Positions 61,558 through 64,000 of a DNA stretch of 64,000 nt are shown here, piece by piece. The translations under genes were made by a program, and so were the position numbers. How positions within the stretch are numbered: the stretch's first letter is position 1; every line of letters begins with the position of its first letter. The notes under the pieces were generated by a model that was not told the DNA's origin, searched no databases, and worked only from the letters and a program-made list of their open reading frames with translations. Source of the stretch: Lama guanicoe (Eukaryota); assembly GCA_013239625.1 (NCBI GenBank), contig MU053594.1, forward strand, positions 1,457,654 to 1,521,653, read 5' to 3'.

Positions 61558-62559
61558 CATATGTCTTTACCTGTCGTGTGCACAGAAAAACCCATGGCGG
61601 TCGGGAGCTTAAACTGCAATGTTAATTATAGCACATGAACGTTGGTCAGGTCCAGTTAAGTTCTTTCTGACACCATGCAGCTGTGGTTGTTGGGTTTTAA
61701 CCAGTTTTTGTTGTTTGTTTGTTTTGCCGGCACTCGTTTAGAAGAATTAAAGTCCCTTTATGCTGGAGGAGGGCAGAACATCATCTTCTGGACTCTCCTC
61801 CCTCTCCTCCACCTGTCTGCCCGGTGCCCCCACTTACGAACTACAGAACAATAGAAGTTACACGTAGGATGTGATCATCTTTATGGAAGTTTTTAAAACA
61901 CAAACATACTATCATTTATTAATGTGTGTAAATGAAGCCGAAAGCATTAAAAAATGGACTGGAAAGATAAAGAATTTCATTACCCGATTTGCGTCTGAGT
62001 ACAGAATAAAGAAATATAGGTCTGCAAGATGGAGGGCAGAGAATTTCTACTTGATCTGTGTGTTTTATGCATTTCAACAATTATGACAGGTGACATGGTA
62101 TAGTGGTTATTAGCTCATATTCTGCAGCCAGATTCCCTGGATTCATATTCCTTCTCCACTTAACTAGTTATATGACCTTGAGCATAGACTTAACCACTGT
62201 ATTACTCATTCGCCTCATTTTACACAAGTGTCATTCATTGCACTGAAATCGTAGAATTGTTGTGAGAATTAAATTATTCAATACATGTAAAAACATTTAG
62301 AATGATGCCTCCTGCAAGGCAAATATATTTACTATATATTTAATATAATTATTAGGGGGAAAAAGATTTGAAGCAAATTAATAATATTCAGTTCTAGTGT
62401 TGCAGATATAAGAATTTGTAATATTGGTTCTTATATTTCTGGGGGTTTTTGAAACTCAAATTTTTAAAAGACATACAGAATTTAACTGAAAGGAGAAAGT
62501 ATAAATATTTTACTCCTAAAAAAGCAATAAAATACTGTTCTAAAAGTTTGGATGAAAAC

Positions 62560-64000
62560 ATATGCTTTCAGCCAGGATGTAACAACTGGGTCCAGATTTA
62601 CCCTCCACAGTAGAACAACTAGAAAGCTGGACCAAGTCTATGAAACGATGGTTTCCAGACAGTGGACAACAAGCAGCAATGGGCAGTGATACTTGAGATC
62701 CTTGAGTGCGCCCTATAATTGTCCCAGATCAGTGCCTGGAGGCAGTTTCCAGGACACAGAGCAGAGAAGGAATATGCAAACAGAGCCCAGCATTCTCTCT
62801 GAGTTGAGGGGCGTGAGAATGGAGTTCAGGGGGACCAAGGCAACTTGAATTTCCATGAAAGGACTCTGGAGAGAGGGTACCTGCAGAGAGAGCATCAAAA
62901 ATACATAGAGGGAGGTTCTCAATTTTGGGGCTGCATAGTGAGCCACACAGGCCTGACCTGAAACTCTACAAGGAAATAAGTGAACCCAACAATTCTGGGG
63001 CTCACATTGGGTGAGAAATAATTCATACCATCACCAGCAAGAGTGAGGAGATCTCACAATACATGGGGCATCAGAAAGAGTGCTCAACAAGGTATTACCT
63101 TGGTACTGAGGCTAATAACCCTGTACTGAAGGCTGTTCTGAATCCACCCCATGAAGCATAGAAGTAAACCTTAGAAGCTTTAAACTAACTCCAAGTAGTT
63201 TCACTCTGTGACAGAGGAAAGTCCAATATTTTCTAAAGAAATACAACACAGTCCAGCAGTGAACAGCATATAATTCATGAGGTCTGGTATCCAATCCAAA
63301 ATTGCCATACATACAGAGAAGCAGGCAAGTATAACCTATAACCAAGAGAAAAATTAATCATTAGAAATGGACCCAGAAATTATAGAATTGATAGAGTTGG
63401 CAGAAAAGAATACCAGAATGGTTAGTATAGATACACTCCCCGTGCGAAAGAATGCAGAGGGAAACATGAGTGTGATGAGGTGACAAATGGAAAGCAATCC
63501 AAAGAAAGTCCCAACTAGAACTTCTAGGGACAAAAAAAAAATACAATAGCTGACATAAAATTTTCACTGAATCAGATTAACAGCAGATTAGATCCTAGAG
63601 GAAAAAACAACCAAAATGAAGCATGGAAGACAAAAGGGAAAAAGAACAAGTGGTCAAAAAAAAAAAAAAAACCCAAGCAGTTTAAAACTTGTGTACTTAA
63701 GTCTTAGGAAAAGAGAAGGAAGCAGACAAGACAGAAAAACTATTTGAAGAAATAATGGGCAAAATATTTATACAGTTGAGGAAAATGGTAAATCCACAGA
63801 TCTTAGAAGCTCAAAAAAGCCCCAAAAGAATAAAGACACAAATAACCACACCAAAGCAGGGGATAATTAAACTTCTGAGAGCCAGGTACAAGGAGAAATT
63901 TTTAAAAGCAGACAGATGGGGAAAAAATAAGATATTATACAGAAAGAAAGAAAAATAAGGATATTTGTAGACTTCTCATCAGAAGTTATGTGAGCCAGAA
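62560..64000 (+). mobile_element. Old L1M 5'UTR and ORF1 remnant, running off the window
   Basis: ATTTGAAGAAATAATGGGCAAAATATTT..AATCCACAGATCTTAGAAGCTCAA. ORF 63755-63958 (NPQILEAQKSPKRI..IIKLLRARYKEKFLKA) is ORF1-like. Confidence 0.8.

Larger units (their letters stand above)
60755..61845 (-). mobile_element. Probable ERV solo LTR, interrupted by two L1 tails
   Basis: TG..CA boundaries interrupting an L1ME 3'UTR (AAAAAGCAAGT | GAACAATA). On the minus strand a TATA-like GGGTATAAG (about 61254) precedes AATAAA (about 60842). TSD is not clean. Confidence 0.6.

Noticed and set aside
1..64000. Prokaryotic-type systems (operons, CRISPR-Cas, defence islands, phage)
   Set aside because: The sequence is mammalian: SINE, LINE and LTR content, CpG depletion, and no gene-dense ORFs.

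Overview
This is mammalian nuclear DNA, not prokaryotic. Six copies of a short tRNA-Ala-derived SINE (Vic-1 type) plus young L1 3' ends point to a camelid (alpaca, vicuna, llama or camel). The window is repeat-dense intronic or intergenic sequence: young and ancient L1 fragments (mostly + strand, heavily nested at 45-52 kb and 58-64 kb), L2/MIR relics, hAT MITEs (MER33, MER20, MER5), several solo LTRs and an ERVL integrase/dUTPase remnant. I cannot recognise any protein-coding gene. The supplied ORFs are chance ORFs or decayed L1/ERV coding sequence. The best-supported unusual objects are a full-length U6 snRNA/L1 chimeric retrocopy (2233-2790, -), an RFX X-box cluster with a CRE-like site (23686-23805) plus a second X-box (20750), a perfect five-pentamer heat-shock element (16240-16264), CTCF-like motifs, and a solo LTR hit by two convergent L1 tails. 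I found no convincing novel multi-gene system. Repeat names come from recalled consensus sequences, not a database search, and boundaries of old repeats are approximate.
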